NCBI RefSeq assembly: GCF_004010195.1
Contig: NC_057719.1
Coordinates: forward strand, 25,134,809-25,198,808
Origin: Chiloscyllium plagiosum
Lineage: Eukaryota
Direction of reading: 5' to 3'
Length of the DNA stretch: 64,000 nt
Of the stretch, positions 50,635 through 62,529 are shown piece by piece. A model generated the notes under the pieces. That model worked only from the letters and a program-made list of their open reading frames with translations, had not been told where the DNA came from and did no database searches. A program made the translations under genes and the position numbers. The first letter of the stretch is position 1, and the number at the start of each line of letters is the position of its first letter.

Positions 50635-51654
50635 TAACTGAATTGTCGGCTACCAATTTTGACCTTGCTGGTACAAAGGATCAGTGCTCAAGTGTTCCCA
50701 TTCTGTCCTTTTGTACTTTTGTGATGTGCAGCTCCATGAGATCATCATCGAGTGTTTTGCCTGAGGGCCCTGATGCCCGTATGCTTGATCAAAAACCTCC
50801 TGAATATTTGAAGTACTTTTTCCGGACACAGCTCAAGGATTGGAGGGTTCATAGACTTGTACTGCTCGACCTTTTTCACAGTTAATCATTAAGTACAAAC
50901 ATCTTTACTGAGGATAAAATGGAAACAAAATATTGCAGATGCTGGAAATAAAACGGAATGTGCTGGAGAAACTCGGCAGGTTTGCCATTTGTAGAGAGTG
51001 AAACAGAGGCGAATATGACTCCTGCTCAATTCTGAAATTTCTAAATTTCATCTGCGCTGTTTTTACTTAGTGATGTCATCAATAAGTGGCCACACTGAGA
51101 AATTTAATTTTAAATAGTGATTGTAAAACAATGAATCAAAATGTTAATACATTTAAGCATGTTTAATGTTCTGTATGCTGTGTATGATTCCGTAGATCTT
51201 TTTTTGGTTTTTACATTTATTTACAAGGAGTACAACTCTGAGCAGGTACTCAAGAAGGGTCTTTTATAATTTATATCATTTCTGACTCCTTGCTTGATAT
51301 AAAGCAGGTTTCCATAACAGCGCAGCCAAGACTGGGAATTGTAACTACAACTGACAATTCTACTACGAAGCTGCATTTTAACACGACGTAGTCTTTGATA
51401 ACTTGCAAACTGTTAAAGCAGCCACTGGGGTTTGGCATTGGTGACTTTCTTCTCAGTCTGAACAAAATAGCACCTTTTTGTTTCGAGCCAGTGGCCTGTT
51501 TCATTACTCCTTTTTTTTGTTAGAAGTATTTTGCCCATTTACATTGGGATGTGTTTGCACCATATATAATGCATTGTTTTCACTTCGGTGAGTGTAATCA
51601 CAGAGGCCAGCACATGGAATTGTTAAGAGTTCTAGATTGAAGAGTTGAAGTGTT

Positions 51655-51795
51655 CTGAGTTTGAAGAATGGTCACTGGACTCGAAATATGAACTCTGCTT
51701 TCTCTCCACAAGCAGCCAGACTTGCTGAGTTTTTCCAGCAATTTCATTTTTTGTTTCTGATTTCCAGAATCTGCAGTTATTTTGTTTTCTTTTGT
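51655..51795 (+). mobile_element. Penelope family C terminus with decayed hammerhead
   Basis: TTGAAGA-A-TGGTC-actg-GACTC-GAA-ATAT-G-AAC, then CTCTCCACA...TCTGATTTCCAGAATCTGCAG. Confidence 0.7.
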
Positions 51796-52147
51796 TTAAT
51801 GTGAAATTGTTGTGTATTGTTGACGAGTTAGGATCACCCTCTTGTGACACTGTGATTTCTTGCAGTCATAAGATTCAGCTCAGCTTTGGCAACTTGCCTC
51901 ATTTCAGATTGCAGACTGGTATCAGGATGTGATATGAGCACCACTTTAAACCCCATTAGCAGCCCAAGCTATTGTGTTGTAAGACTTGGCATGGACAAAC
52001 CTGATATTGTCAATTGTAGGTATCAGATAAATGGAATTTGAGTGTTTATAGTTTGTTAAAAAATGTTAATTTGAGTGAACTTTATGATCTCATTCCTCTC
52101 AGCCAGTCATGGTTACCATTTTTGCCTGCCTGCCTGTTTGTCTGTGT

Positions 52148-52290
52148 GTGTATGTCTCGCTCTCTCCTTTCTTTCTTCCCTTCTCTTCCCTTCCTCTTTC
52201 TTTCTCTCTTTCTTCCCCCCCCACCATGTCTCTCCCGCGCTTTCTCTCACTCGAGTGCTGTCTTGCTCCTCACTCGCAAGCACTCTCATA
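52148..52290. repeat. Pyrimidine-rich low-complexity tract
   Basis: CT/CTT-rich degenerate microsatellite. Confidence 0.75.
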
Positions 52291-53597
52291 CTTCCTCTAA
52301 TTAATTCTGAAATTTATGTGATGGTTATTTCCGTCATTTCATTTAATGCAAGGTGATTAAAAGCAGTCATGTGAACTATTCTAAAGTCTGCTTCAGAGAA
52401 TGCCTGGTGTGGCTAGACGTCAAAGGGAGGCCCAGGTTATGTCATTGGAGCGATATTCACTTTTGAAGACAATAGCACAGATTCTAAAACTCCAGAAGTG
52501 CCATCAAGGTGCTGAAAGTTTATAGTTATGAACAGTTGTGCTGCAAGTGGTCAATTTACTTAAAATGTGAGAGCTGGGGGTCAGAAATAGCTCAATTTTG
52601 TTTTACCTGGATGCAAGTGTTTCACATTGTCTTGGGGGAGTGTGTAGAGAAAGCCATTTTTGAGTTGTTAAAGACTTCCTTGCAAGCCAATGACTATCAC
52701 AGACAATACTTTATGGTCAAGAGAGGAGCCTGTTTGGACTTTGTGCGCTCCCACAGTCAGATATAGGAAGGAAACTGTCTTGAGTCAATGCGTCCTGCAA
52801 CAGACATTGATAGACTCTGAGATTTATTCTGGTGTGGCCAGAGATTAAGATCACCAGGACTGGTTTTATTGCTGGTAGTGTATTTAGGAAACTCTGTACG
52901 TGGTGGTGATCACTCAAAGTTACTATCCACCAAAATCCATTAGAAATTGGGAGAAACGATGGATAGTTGGTTACGATAAGGACTGTGCAATGTGGCAAGT
53001 ACATGAAAAGGGAACATTCATATCAGTATTTTGAACTAGAAGTTGTGCACAAGAATTGTTCAGTCAATAGCACTTTAATCATTTATTGCAATAAAAGTTT
53101 TAAAGCACGAGATCTTCACATCATCCTTTTCTACTATCAAATGGAAGTTTGAATTTCTTCATAAACACTGTTCATACCAGCACTTGGAATTGCAGGTTTA
53201 AGACCTGATGCTGGGGAAGGGGTTTTTAATGGCGCATCTGAGCTGTGAGGGAGGATTATGGGGTGAGGATTGTGGTGCTAGTTAGCGCGGATAATCTCTC
53301 CAGTATTTTTGCTTTATTTTGATGATCGACAGAGCCTGAGTGATTTGGAACAAACCCCCTTTTGGGCAGGATATTTGCCACACGATTAACAAACGCCTCA
53401 ACACCAGCATTTGTGATAATATTAGAATTTCTGACTTGCATTCTCCCAACCACTATCAAAGTACCACTTAGTTCACTGCAGCCTTGTTAAATCCAATACA
53501 CTTGCTTACAAATGACGTAAAACACAGCAGTAGAGCTGTAGTAGTTTCAAATGTGATAGATACTAACAAAATGGTGAAGATTAAATAAATTACAAGA

Positions 53598-53932
53598 GCC
53601 ATAGAGAGAGAGATACAGCACGGAAACAGACCCTTCGGTCCAACTTATCCATGCTGACCAGACATCCCTAATCTAGACCCATTTGTCATCACTTGGCCCA
53701 TATCCCTGTAAACCCTTATTTTTCATATACCCATCCAGATGCCTTTTAAATGCTATAATTGTACTAGCATCCACTACTTCCTCTGGCAGCTCATTTTCAG
53801 ACACTCACCCCCTCTGTGTGAAAAAGTTTCCCCTTGGGTCCCTTTTATATCTTTCCCCTTTCACCCTAAATCTATGCCCTCTAGTTCTGCACACTCACAC
53901 CCCAGGGAAAACCCCTTGTCTATTTATCCTAT
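53598..53932 (-). mobile_element. CR1 LINE 3' fragment
   Basis: Reverse complement of RGHRFRV/GNFFTQR/FKRHLDGYM and tail. Confidence 0.9.
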
Positions 53933-56194
53933 CTATTGTCTAGTCTTTCTAGTAACTTGAATACCCGCCCTGTACCCAAGAAGGAAACATTGTGTGCATG
54001 GGTAGGTGTAAATAATGCGTGTGTCCTGCAGTGTCAAAGGGAGATAAGAACAGAAATCATGTCTTTGGACTGTGACAGACCTGAAAAAAGAAGTAAGAGG
54101 GAAGAGATTCCATAAAAATTATACCCATTCTGACAGAACTCACCCAGTGAAAAATGCAGAAATATGACTAATGCTTATTACCCAGTTTGCACTCCCATTG
54201 CAGCCTACATGCTGCAGAAATTGTTCACTAACAGTGAAACAGATCTGTGCATGTGTTTTGGGGGAGGACTGGGGGTTCAGAAGACGACATGTCAGCAACC
54301 AGCTGCATATCCCATTCCACCTTAAACAATTACCTCCTCACTCCCTTTAACTCTACGATGTGAATCTCAGGGATGCAAATGGCATCCAATGAAATGTCAG
54401 GGGAGCCAGTGTCCCCCAGAATCTTCGCATTTAGGGAAAGGCAGCTCCACAGGGAACCTGAAAGTACTTCCCCCTCCCGCAACCATCACCAAAAAACCCT
54501 GGGGCTCAGCAACATGTTGTGAACATCACCAATAATTAGAAGTCTCCTCTGTCTCCTCCACACACCCACAATGAAACAAACACAGGATTGATGTTCTGAT
54601 TGTATTTTGAAACCACTTGTTCTATTTGCCCTTTCACAATATGGTGGCTGTATATTTGTGATGTAAAATTCCAGACCTTTACGTGGAGTATCCGGACCTT
54701 GACAGGGTGTCTATCTGTTTAATCCAATGGGGTGAAACTAAAGATGTCAATATTAAGCCCAGTTCAAAGGCTTGTACATGAGTGATTGATCAAGTTCAAA
54801 GGAACAATGAATGGAATAAGTGAAGAGCAGATGCTTGGAGCTCATCCAGACCACGTATATGTCTTAATGCTCTGACTAGATAAACTGATTAGCATCCAGG
54901 CCAGAGCTTCAGTGTTTTGATTTGTTTTCACAGATCAAGTGGTTTGGATTGAATTCAAAGCTGCTTCCTCCTTGGTTTCAGCTTTGAATTTGATGCATGA
55001 GAAGTGAGCTTCCATCTCACTTGTTCCAGATGATGGATGACAATGCCCTGTTTCGATGCCTCTCCTGTAGGATCTGGTGGAGGAGAAACTTTGTGCCAAA
55101 TGACCCCACAAATAAGAGTCAAAGTTTATCTGTTCAGTTCCATGGCAAAACACAATGTCACTCATTAACAGTTTGTGATGCTCCCAGAAGTATTCTTCCA
55201 CCCTTATCCTTTTTTTGGGAGGTATGGAATCTGCCCACTTAGTAGTCATGAGGGATGGTGGGAAAGAAGGGGAGGGGTGTGTTGTTTTAGTGAACCAACT
55301 TAAAATAAGTAGAATGCGCTTTGCTGGCTTAAGCCTCAGTGAACCAGTGAGCTGTATGACAGAGGTTGGGTTATGTCAAATGGAAGTGCATGGCAAGTCA
55401 AAACTTTGAATTATCATTCTTAGATGGTTGATCCAGAAACATACCCATGGTATATGAAAGGAAATAGCTGTAGACCATGTCATGATTCAGTGGCATTGAA
55501 AGAGGAAATTTGGAGTGTACAGTGTATAGAAAGTGACCTTCAATCTTCAGGCGATAGTGCTGAGCAATCCTGGCAGAAATTCATTCTGTATACTAAGCAG
55601 TCTATTAGGTATCTCACAAGTTTCCCATTTCCAGCCTCCCTTTAGGTTCTTTGTATTGACTTTGTGCGCTAGGTATTCCTCCTTTTAAAGCAATGCTATG
55701 TCTTGGGGATCCATTAGAATGCAGTTGAAGAATTGGGTTTGTGGAGATGTTCTACTTGTGTGTTAGTGTTCACTGGAATCAGCAGCAAATGGGGGTTTTC
55801 AGAAGATTTTGTTGTTACTCAGATTGAACTAGGTAAAAATGACCACTTGACTGATGACTATTGAGTATATATTAATTTTCTTGTGTGCTATCTGCAGCAC
55901 AGAACCAACAGATAATTATTTGGTACCTTTCAATGTAATAAAATGTCCCAAAACACTTCATCAAAGCATCATGAAACAATGTTGAAACAAGAAAGGGGAT
56001 ACTGGGTCAGCTGACCAAAGACTTGGACAAAGGGTTGGAGATTAAGGAGCGTCTTAAAGATGTTCAGTGAGACAGCGAGGCTAAGAAACGATTTCTAAAA
56101 CTTGAGACCTAGACATGGCCAACAATGTTGGAGGTGGTGACCGAGATATGGAGGGGCAAAGAAATGGAGAGACTTGAAAGCAAGTATAAGAATA

Positions 56195-56780
56195 ACAGAG
56201 TATAGGAGTTGGGAGGTCATGTTGCAGCTGTACAGGATGGTGGTTAGGCCACTTTTGTGCGCAGTTCTGGTCGGTTTCCTATCAGGAGATGTGTGAAACT
56301 TGAAAGGGTTCAGAAAAGATTTACAAGGATGTTGCCAGGGTTGGAGGATTTGAACGATAGGGAGAGACTGAATAGGCTGCGGCTGTTTTCCCTGGAGCGT
56401 CAGAGGCTGAGGGGTGACCTTATAGAGGTTTACAAAATTATGAGAGGCGTGGATAGGGTAAATAGGCAAGGTCTTTTTCCTGGAGTGGTGGAGTTCAAAA
56501 TTAGAGGGCATAGGTTAGATGGGAAAGATTTTAAAAAGGACCTAAAGGGCAACTTTTTCACACAGATAGTGGTGCATGCATGGAATGAGCTGCCAGAGGA
56601 TGTGGTGGAGGCTGGTACAATTACAACATTTAAAAGGCATCTGGATGGGTATATGAATAGGAAGGGTTTGGTGGGATGTGGGCCAAATGCTATCAAATGG
56701 GACTAGATTTATTTCTGATATCTGTTTAGCGTGGACAAATTGGACCGAAGGGGCTGTTTCTGTGCTGTACATCTCTGACT
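56195..56780 (+). mobile_element. CR1 LINE 3' fragment
   Basis: KLERVQKRFTRMLPG...LRGDLIEVYKIMRG...WNELP...FKRHLDGYM. Confidence 0.92.
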
Positions 56781-57320
56781 CAAAGAAATAGATATTTAGC
56801 ATGACTAGTTCGCACCAGTGTTTATGACTCAGTGTTTATGACTCACTCCAGCCTCTGCCCACTTCTCTTCATCTAAATCTGTAAACATTGTTTCTTCCTG
56901 TGGGGCTAACCAAAATGAGACGATCACTATAGTGATGGTAACTAAAAAAATTCTGAAAAGGAATTCAGGAGAATGTCCTTTACCCAAAAGAGTGGTGAGG
57001 ATGTGCTCTGTGCTAGCATAGGGAGTGGTTAATGTAGCTGTATTTATGGTAAACTGGATCAGGCATGGAGACAGGGAATAGAGGGATATATTGCTACATT
57101 TTAGATGAGGAAAGACAGATGGAGGCTCACGGGGAACATATCTTGAATGGTTACTCCTGAGTACAAGGTAATCCCTGACATTTTTGCCAAACTCTTTGTA
57201 TTTACCAGTACTTGACTGCAAACTCATCTTAGCACAAGCCTACATGACTGCATCATAGACTAACACACCATTTGAACTTAACACAACACCAGGTTCCAGT
57301 CCAACAGGTTTATTTGGTAG

Positions 57321-57355
57321 TACAAGCTTTTGGAGCACTGCTCCTTCATCAGGTA
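57321..57355 (-). ncRNA. Degenerate hammerhead ribozyme (family A, left arm)
   Basis: TAC-CTGATGA-A-GGAGC-agt-GCTCC-aAA-AGCT-T-GTA; only G12 deviates from the core consensus. Confidence 0.75.
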
Positions 57356-57647
57356 GCTCGTGGAGAAGGACCATAAGACGCAGAACTTATAGCAAAACAT
57401 CATAGTGTCATACAACTGACACGATATATTGAACAAACCTTTTTTTGAATATAAAACCTTAAATTATCTTGGAATGCAAATTGAAAGAAATTCTGGGATT
57501 TACATATTAATGAACCAAAACCTGCAAACCATTCTAAAAGATGAAAGACTTAACATCAATCTAGGTTTGTTCAATATATCGCATCAGTTGTATGATATTA
57601 TGATGTTTTGCTATAAATTCTGTGTCTTAAGGTCCTACTCCACGAGC

Positions 57648-57682
57648 TACCTGATGAAGGAGCAGTGCTTCAAAAGCTTGTA
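57648..57682 (+). ncRNA. Degenerate hammerhead ribozyme (family A, right arm)
   Basis: TAC-CTGATGA-A-GGAGC-agt-GCTTC-aAA-AGCT-T-GTA. Confidence 0.75.
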
Positions 57683-59594
57683 CTACCAAATAAACCTGTT
57701 GAACTGGAACCTGGTGTTGGTGTGATTTTTTTTTAAACTTTGTCCACCCCAGTCCAACACTGGCTCCTCCTCATCACACCATTTGACGAATACAGTTTGG
57801 CAACTTCCCCACCGAGTCCTTTTTTTGAACAACTTTTTGATGCAAGGCAAATCTGTGATAGGAAGGTGATGGGAGAGGGTCGATTTTGATCTCTGGACAT
57901 CAGAGTGGAGTCACCTGGGTGTCCGTACCAGTTTTTCTCCAGAAGCAGCCCCTTAAATGGGCATCTCCGGTGAGATTTCTTTTCTTCATTGCTCTATTTT
58001 ACACCAAGGATTGTATCTAGGTACTCCATACATAAGATGATGCTGTGTGTTGGTGACATTATTATACCGAGGTAACATTAGAACTAAGATGGTGCTATAA
58101 GTGAAGAGTTGTATAACTTTTCACTGTACTCGTTTGAGTACATGTGACAATAAGCTAATTCAATTCAATTCAGTTGCATAACTGGGTGGGTGGCCAGGCA
58201 CATGGGAGCCACTTTTAGTCCTGGTCTCAAAAACATGTCAAAGGTGGTATGATTCTGGTTACTGACTCTCTACCTGTTGATCAAAATGTTTCACAACTTT
58301 ACAGACTTCTCTCCAGTCTTTCGTTTTCGACAGAAAAGAGCCCCAACATATGATACTTGTGAGTTCAGAGTTCTGGTATCATTCCAGTGAAACCTTTTTG
58401 GACCTTCTCCAGTGCTTCCAAAGCCTTTTAATAACATGAAGACCAGATACTCTTGCTTTGATGATCCATTTCATGATTCTGAATGAAGTTCACAAGGAGC
58501 TCTTAGAGCTTCACTTTGTCCCACACCAGGGAGCAGACCAAGGATTTTCTGGGAAGTGCAGACTTTCCTGTGGATTAAATGGTGAGACTGCAAGTCTTTT
58601 GCAATCCATTCCCTTTTTCTGAGGGAAGTTTGGATCGATTTGAGGGAAGCGTGCGGGGAACTGCAGAGGACATCTCACTACTGCCTTCTCTAGGGCAATT
58701 AAGGATGGGTGATATGACCTAGCTAGCTAAGCCACATTCTGTGAACAAACTGAGAAAAAAAAATCTTCATCCAAATGCAGATATTCAGCCGATTTGCACT
58801 GAATAATGCCTTTCATCAGGCAGTTTGCCAAAGTCTCACTTTGAGATTTAAGTTGTTTCAACAAAAGAAATCAAAACCTTCATAGTAATGCACAAATAGA
58901 ATTATGACATTGAAAACTGATATGTCAGCTGTTTCTAATAATGGATACATGGGCTACTGGCTGGGTTTTCTGTGATTCTATGGTGAGCCTCAAAACTGCT
59001 TCCCCCAGAAGTGACTGGGAGCAGTTCTGGATTGGCCATTTTGCCTATTTCTTGCATCACTGTAAAACTGATCTGGAATTTGATTAATAATGTACTCTGT
59101 CACATGGACGATTAAAAAGAAACATACAGTGGTTTGGACAGTTAAATTCCTCTTATTTTTTTAAAAAACTTATTTTTAAAGACAAACACATTTATGTAGG
59201 ATATTGTCCATATGATGTCTTTGTGACAAGTGACCAATAAAAAGAGCAGCAGGTTCCACCAATGAAATTGACAAGCGGCCCACTCTGTCTCTGAGTGTCA
59301 TTAAGCTTTGCTTGTCATTGTAACAACCAGACAAACTATTGGCCTATGTAGAGAAAGCAACAGAGAACCAGTGTCATTCCCATAAGGGTGCTAATTGTGA
59401 AACCTCTAGCTGCTCAAAGATATTCTATATAGTACAATAATATAAAAAAAGGTTTGGTTAAACATTACCATTTAATCAAAAACGTTTAAAACCAGTACTG
59501 ACATGGTATAAACTAGCAAATTACTGTCATGGCATGTTTTGCTTAGAAGCTGACATTGACAGGTTTCCAGATAAATCTGTGGCTACCCAGTCCA

Positions 59595-59767
59595 AGTCAT
59601 ACAGGACAGAAATAGACCCTTTGGTCCAACTCGTCCAGGTTGAGCTGATATCCTCAACTGACCCACCTCCGTTTGCCAGCATTTGGCCCATATCCCTCCT
59701 AAACCCTTTCTATTTATATACTCATCCAGATGCCTTTTACATGTCTTAATTGTACCAACCTCCACCA
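59595..59767 (-). mobile_element. CR1 LINE 3' tail
   Basis: VEVGTIKTCKRHLDEYINRKG and tail. Confidence 0.8.
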
Positions 59768-60020
59768 AGAAATCTTGTCACAGAAAAAGGAAGTGCATAC
59801 AGGAATAAAAAGCCATTTACCTTCCCAACAAGGCAAGAAGAAAGAAATATTGAACAATAAATTATTGTCTTTCATTCCTGAGTTATGGTACCCAAAACTG
59901 AAAGCAGAACTCTAGATGGTACCTGACCAACTGTGACTTTTGCTTCCTGCTTTTGATATTTCACTGTATTCGAAATAAACATTGCCATTCCCCTATTTGA
60001 TTCACACCTGCAACTCTGCA

Positions 60021-60227
60021 AGGAGAAAATGAGGACTGCAGATGCTGGAAATCAGACTCGAAGATTGTGGCACTGGAAAAGCAGAGCAGGTCAAGCAGCA
60101 TTCGAGGAGCAGAGAAATTGACATTTCGAGCATAAATTCTTCATCAGGCTTATGCCAGAAATGTCAACTCTCCTGCTTCTCAGATGCTGCCTGACTGGCT
60201 GTGCTTTTCCAACTGCACAGTCTTCGT
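60021..60227 (-). mobile_element. Fold-back Penelope terminus (family B) with 16-bp TSD
   Basis: Arms ~60059-60135/60150-60226; tail on the left only; CACCTGCAACTCTGCA at 60005-60020 and 60228-60243. Confidence 0.9.
60116..60150 (-). ncRNA. Hammerhead motif with intact core nucleotides but weakened helices (family B)
   Basis: CTGATGA-A-GAAT-ttat-GCTC-GAA-ATGT-C. Confidence 0.7.
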
Positions 60228-60654
60228 CACCTGCAACTCTGCACCCACTTTGAAATGATTTGCGGACACAGCCACTCAAATCCTGTTTCTTCCCCATGAT
60301 GATGAGACTCTCCATTCAGAAATTATTCCACTTTGTCTTTCCCAGACCGAAAGCAGTTGACTTCACGCCATTCGCCTCATACAATTCTTACCTTCAAGGC
60401 AGAAATATCCATCAAAAAGCAAGAGAGTATCACAGCACTTTTTCATCTGGGATTTTAAATAAAACTGTAAGGAATTTAAATAAAACTCTAAGGAATTATT
60501 GAGAACCATTGCACCAGGGAATCAATGTGAAACCAGCTGAACCCATGGGATAAGCGTGTTCCCACTGATAGACAGAACTCATGTCCTGGGCTTGTGCAGT
60601 AAATATCATTGGGGCAGATTCACTCAAAAAGAGCATACGGGAAATAGAGTTTTT

Positions 60655-60941
60655 TAGGTTCCCTACAGTGTGGAAACAGGCCATTCGGCCCAACAAGTCC
60701 ACACCGACCCTCTGAAGAGTAACCCACCCAGACCCATTCCCGTACCCTATGTTTACCCCAGACTATACGCGTAACACTATGGGCAATGTAGCATGACCAA
60801 TTTATCTGACCTGTGGGAGGAAACCCACGCAGACACGAAGAGAATGTGCAAACTCAACACAGACAGTTGCCCAGGGCAGGAATCGAACCTGGATCCCTGG
60901 TGCTGAGAACCGGTAGTGCTAACCACTGAGCCACCGTGCCG
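60655..60941 (-). mobile_element. HE1-like V-SINE with internal deletions
   Basis: On -: TGGCTCAGTGG A box, GGTTCGATTCC B box, partial V-domain, tail. Confidence 0.9.
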
Positions 60942-61980
60942 TTGAGGTAGTAAGTCAGCTGTGATTTTGAAGAATGGCAGAACAATGTTGCAGGTTCGGA
61001 AAATCAACTTCAGCTCCTATTTCCTATACATCAAAGTAACGCAACATAAGTCAAGAGGCTGAACGGTTTGGTGGTGGGGGGGGGGGGAGCTAAAATGAAA
61101 AGCTAACCATATACCCCAGAGGAGCATTTCTGATGGTTCATTTACTACTACTTCACACACTCCCCAGTGATGGTGTAGAAATTGCATTAGAGCTAAATGC
61201 AGGTCAAAAAGGGACCTTTAATGTCTAGCCACCTAAATATTGCAATCCCAATCTAGACCCTTTTTCCATCATCCCTCCATAACCAGACAGTGACACTGTA
61301 GTGTGTTTTCCTGCTTTGAAGAAGAATAGTTTGCTTCTTTTTTGTATGCATGGTTTTGAGATCGAGCATTCAGTTTTCTGTTTTGATAGCTCGCTAGTCG
61401 AGATCTGTTTTAGTCAGACAAAATTGGCAGCTTGTACAGTACAAACCACTTCCTAAAAAGGAGAGCTTTACAGCTGTGTTGTAATTAAGAGGTTGGTTCA
61501 GGATCAACATCGATGTGGTCTTTGTGGGCTTGGATATATAATGTTTATGACTGACAACGTACAAAATATTTTCCCCGCTCGGGTAAACAAAAATGGGCCT
61601 GCCTTATCCTATTAGCTCAAAGCTTAATGATTTTAGGGAAAAGAGGACTTGTGCAAAATGAATAGAATTTTCCTTCACCCTCCTGAGTTAATTTTAATTC
61701 CCTGTTTATTAATTGCTGCTGAGTTTATATTAGCTTAGATTGATGTGCTTTGCTTAAAGTGAGAGGTGAATCAGGTGGATGAAATAAAGAGAGATCTTTT
61801 CCTTGTTGTCATGATGGATGCACTTTTCCTGAGCCTGTGCTATGCCTGGCAACATGATTCCTTGGAATGTGACACTTTGTGGTTGTATTAGATTTTGCAG
61901 TTAACCCTATGACTTCCACAAAATTGGGACTTCACCAATTTTAGCAAGCTAGTCCTAGCTGCCACCGTTCCACCCAAGAA

Positions 61981-62372
61981 AGATTTGCATTGAAGTAACA
62001 CCTTTCATAACCTCAGGATGTCCCAGAATGCTTTGCAGGGAGCCAAGTCCTTTTGAATCGTAGTCACTGCTGTAACATAGGGCAGCTAACCTGTGCAAAG
62101 TGAGCTCCCACATTCAACAATGTGATAATGACCTGTTATATTTATGACCGATATCAACCAGTTACTTCTTGGAAATAGCGTTATCGTATCTTTTGCATCC
62201 ACTTCAGAACAGATAGGATCTATGTTTAACATCTCTGAAAGATGGCACCTCTGACTGTGTGGTGCTTTGTTAGCGGTGACGAGAGTATTGATGTGGGTTT
62301 TTTTTATTAATTAAAGTCAGTGACTGAACCCACAGCCTTGTGACTGGGATTAGAGTGCTGCACATTGAGCTA
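61981..62372 (-). mobile_element. Deu-domain SINE (SacSINE1-like), near full length, old
   Basis: On -: TAGCTCAATGTGCAGCAC...GTGGGTTCAG head, CAGAGGTGCCATCTTTCAGA core, GTGACTACGATTCAAAAG tail. Confidence 0.65.
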
Positions 62373-62529
62373 CTTATTTCCTGCTGCAGTAGTGAGAAGA
62401 TTGTATCGGAGGTAATAAAATGAGGTTAAATTCCAATGATAGCAATCTCAAATATTAATAAAGGTTGAGGACAAAAAAAGACTTTGGATGATTAGGTTCT
62501 TTATTGATCTGTTTCTCTTAACCTTGGGG

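Larger units (their letters stand above)
57276..57774 (+). mobile_element. Fold-back Penelope terminus (family A) with 12-bp TSD
   Basis: ~160-bp arms 57281-57440/57563-57724, ~120-bp spacer, tail on the right; CACACCATTTGA at 57264-57275 and 57775-57786. Confidence 0.92.

Noticed and set aside
56817..56844. Short tandem duplications (also 18013-18039, ~25402-25428, 44710-44744, 60454-60497)
   Set aside because: Ordinary slippage; no regular repeat-spacer array, so not CRISPR-like
60391..60464. Possible minus-strand exon (AG...GTAAG)
   Set aside because: Peptide unrecognisable, acceptor sits in a tandem duplication, and no neighbouring exons
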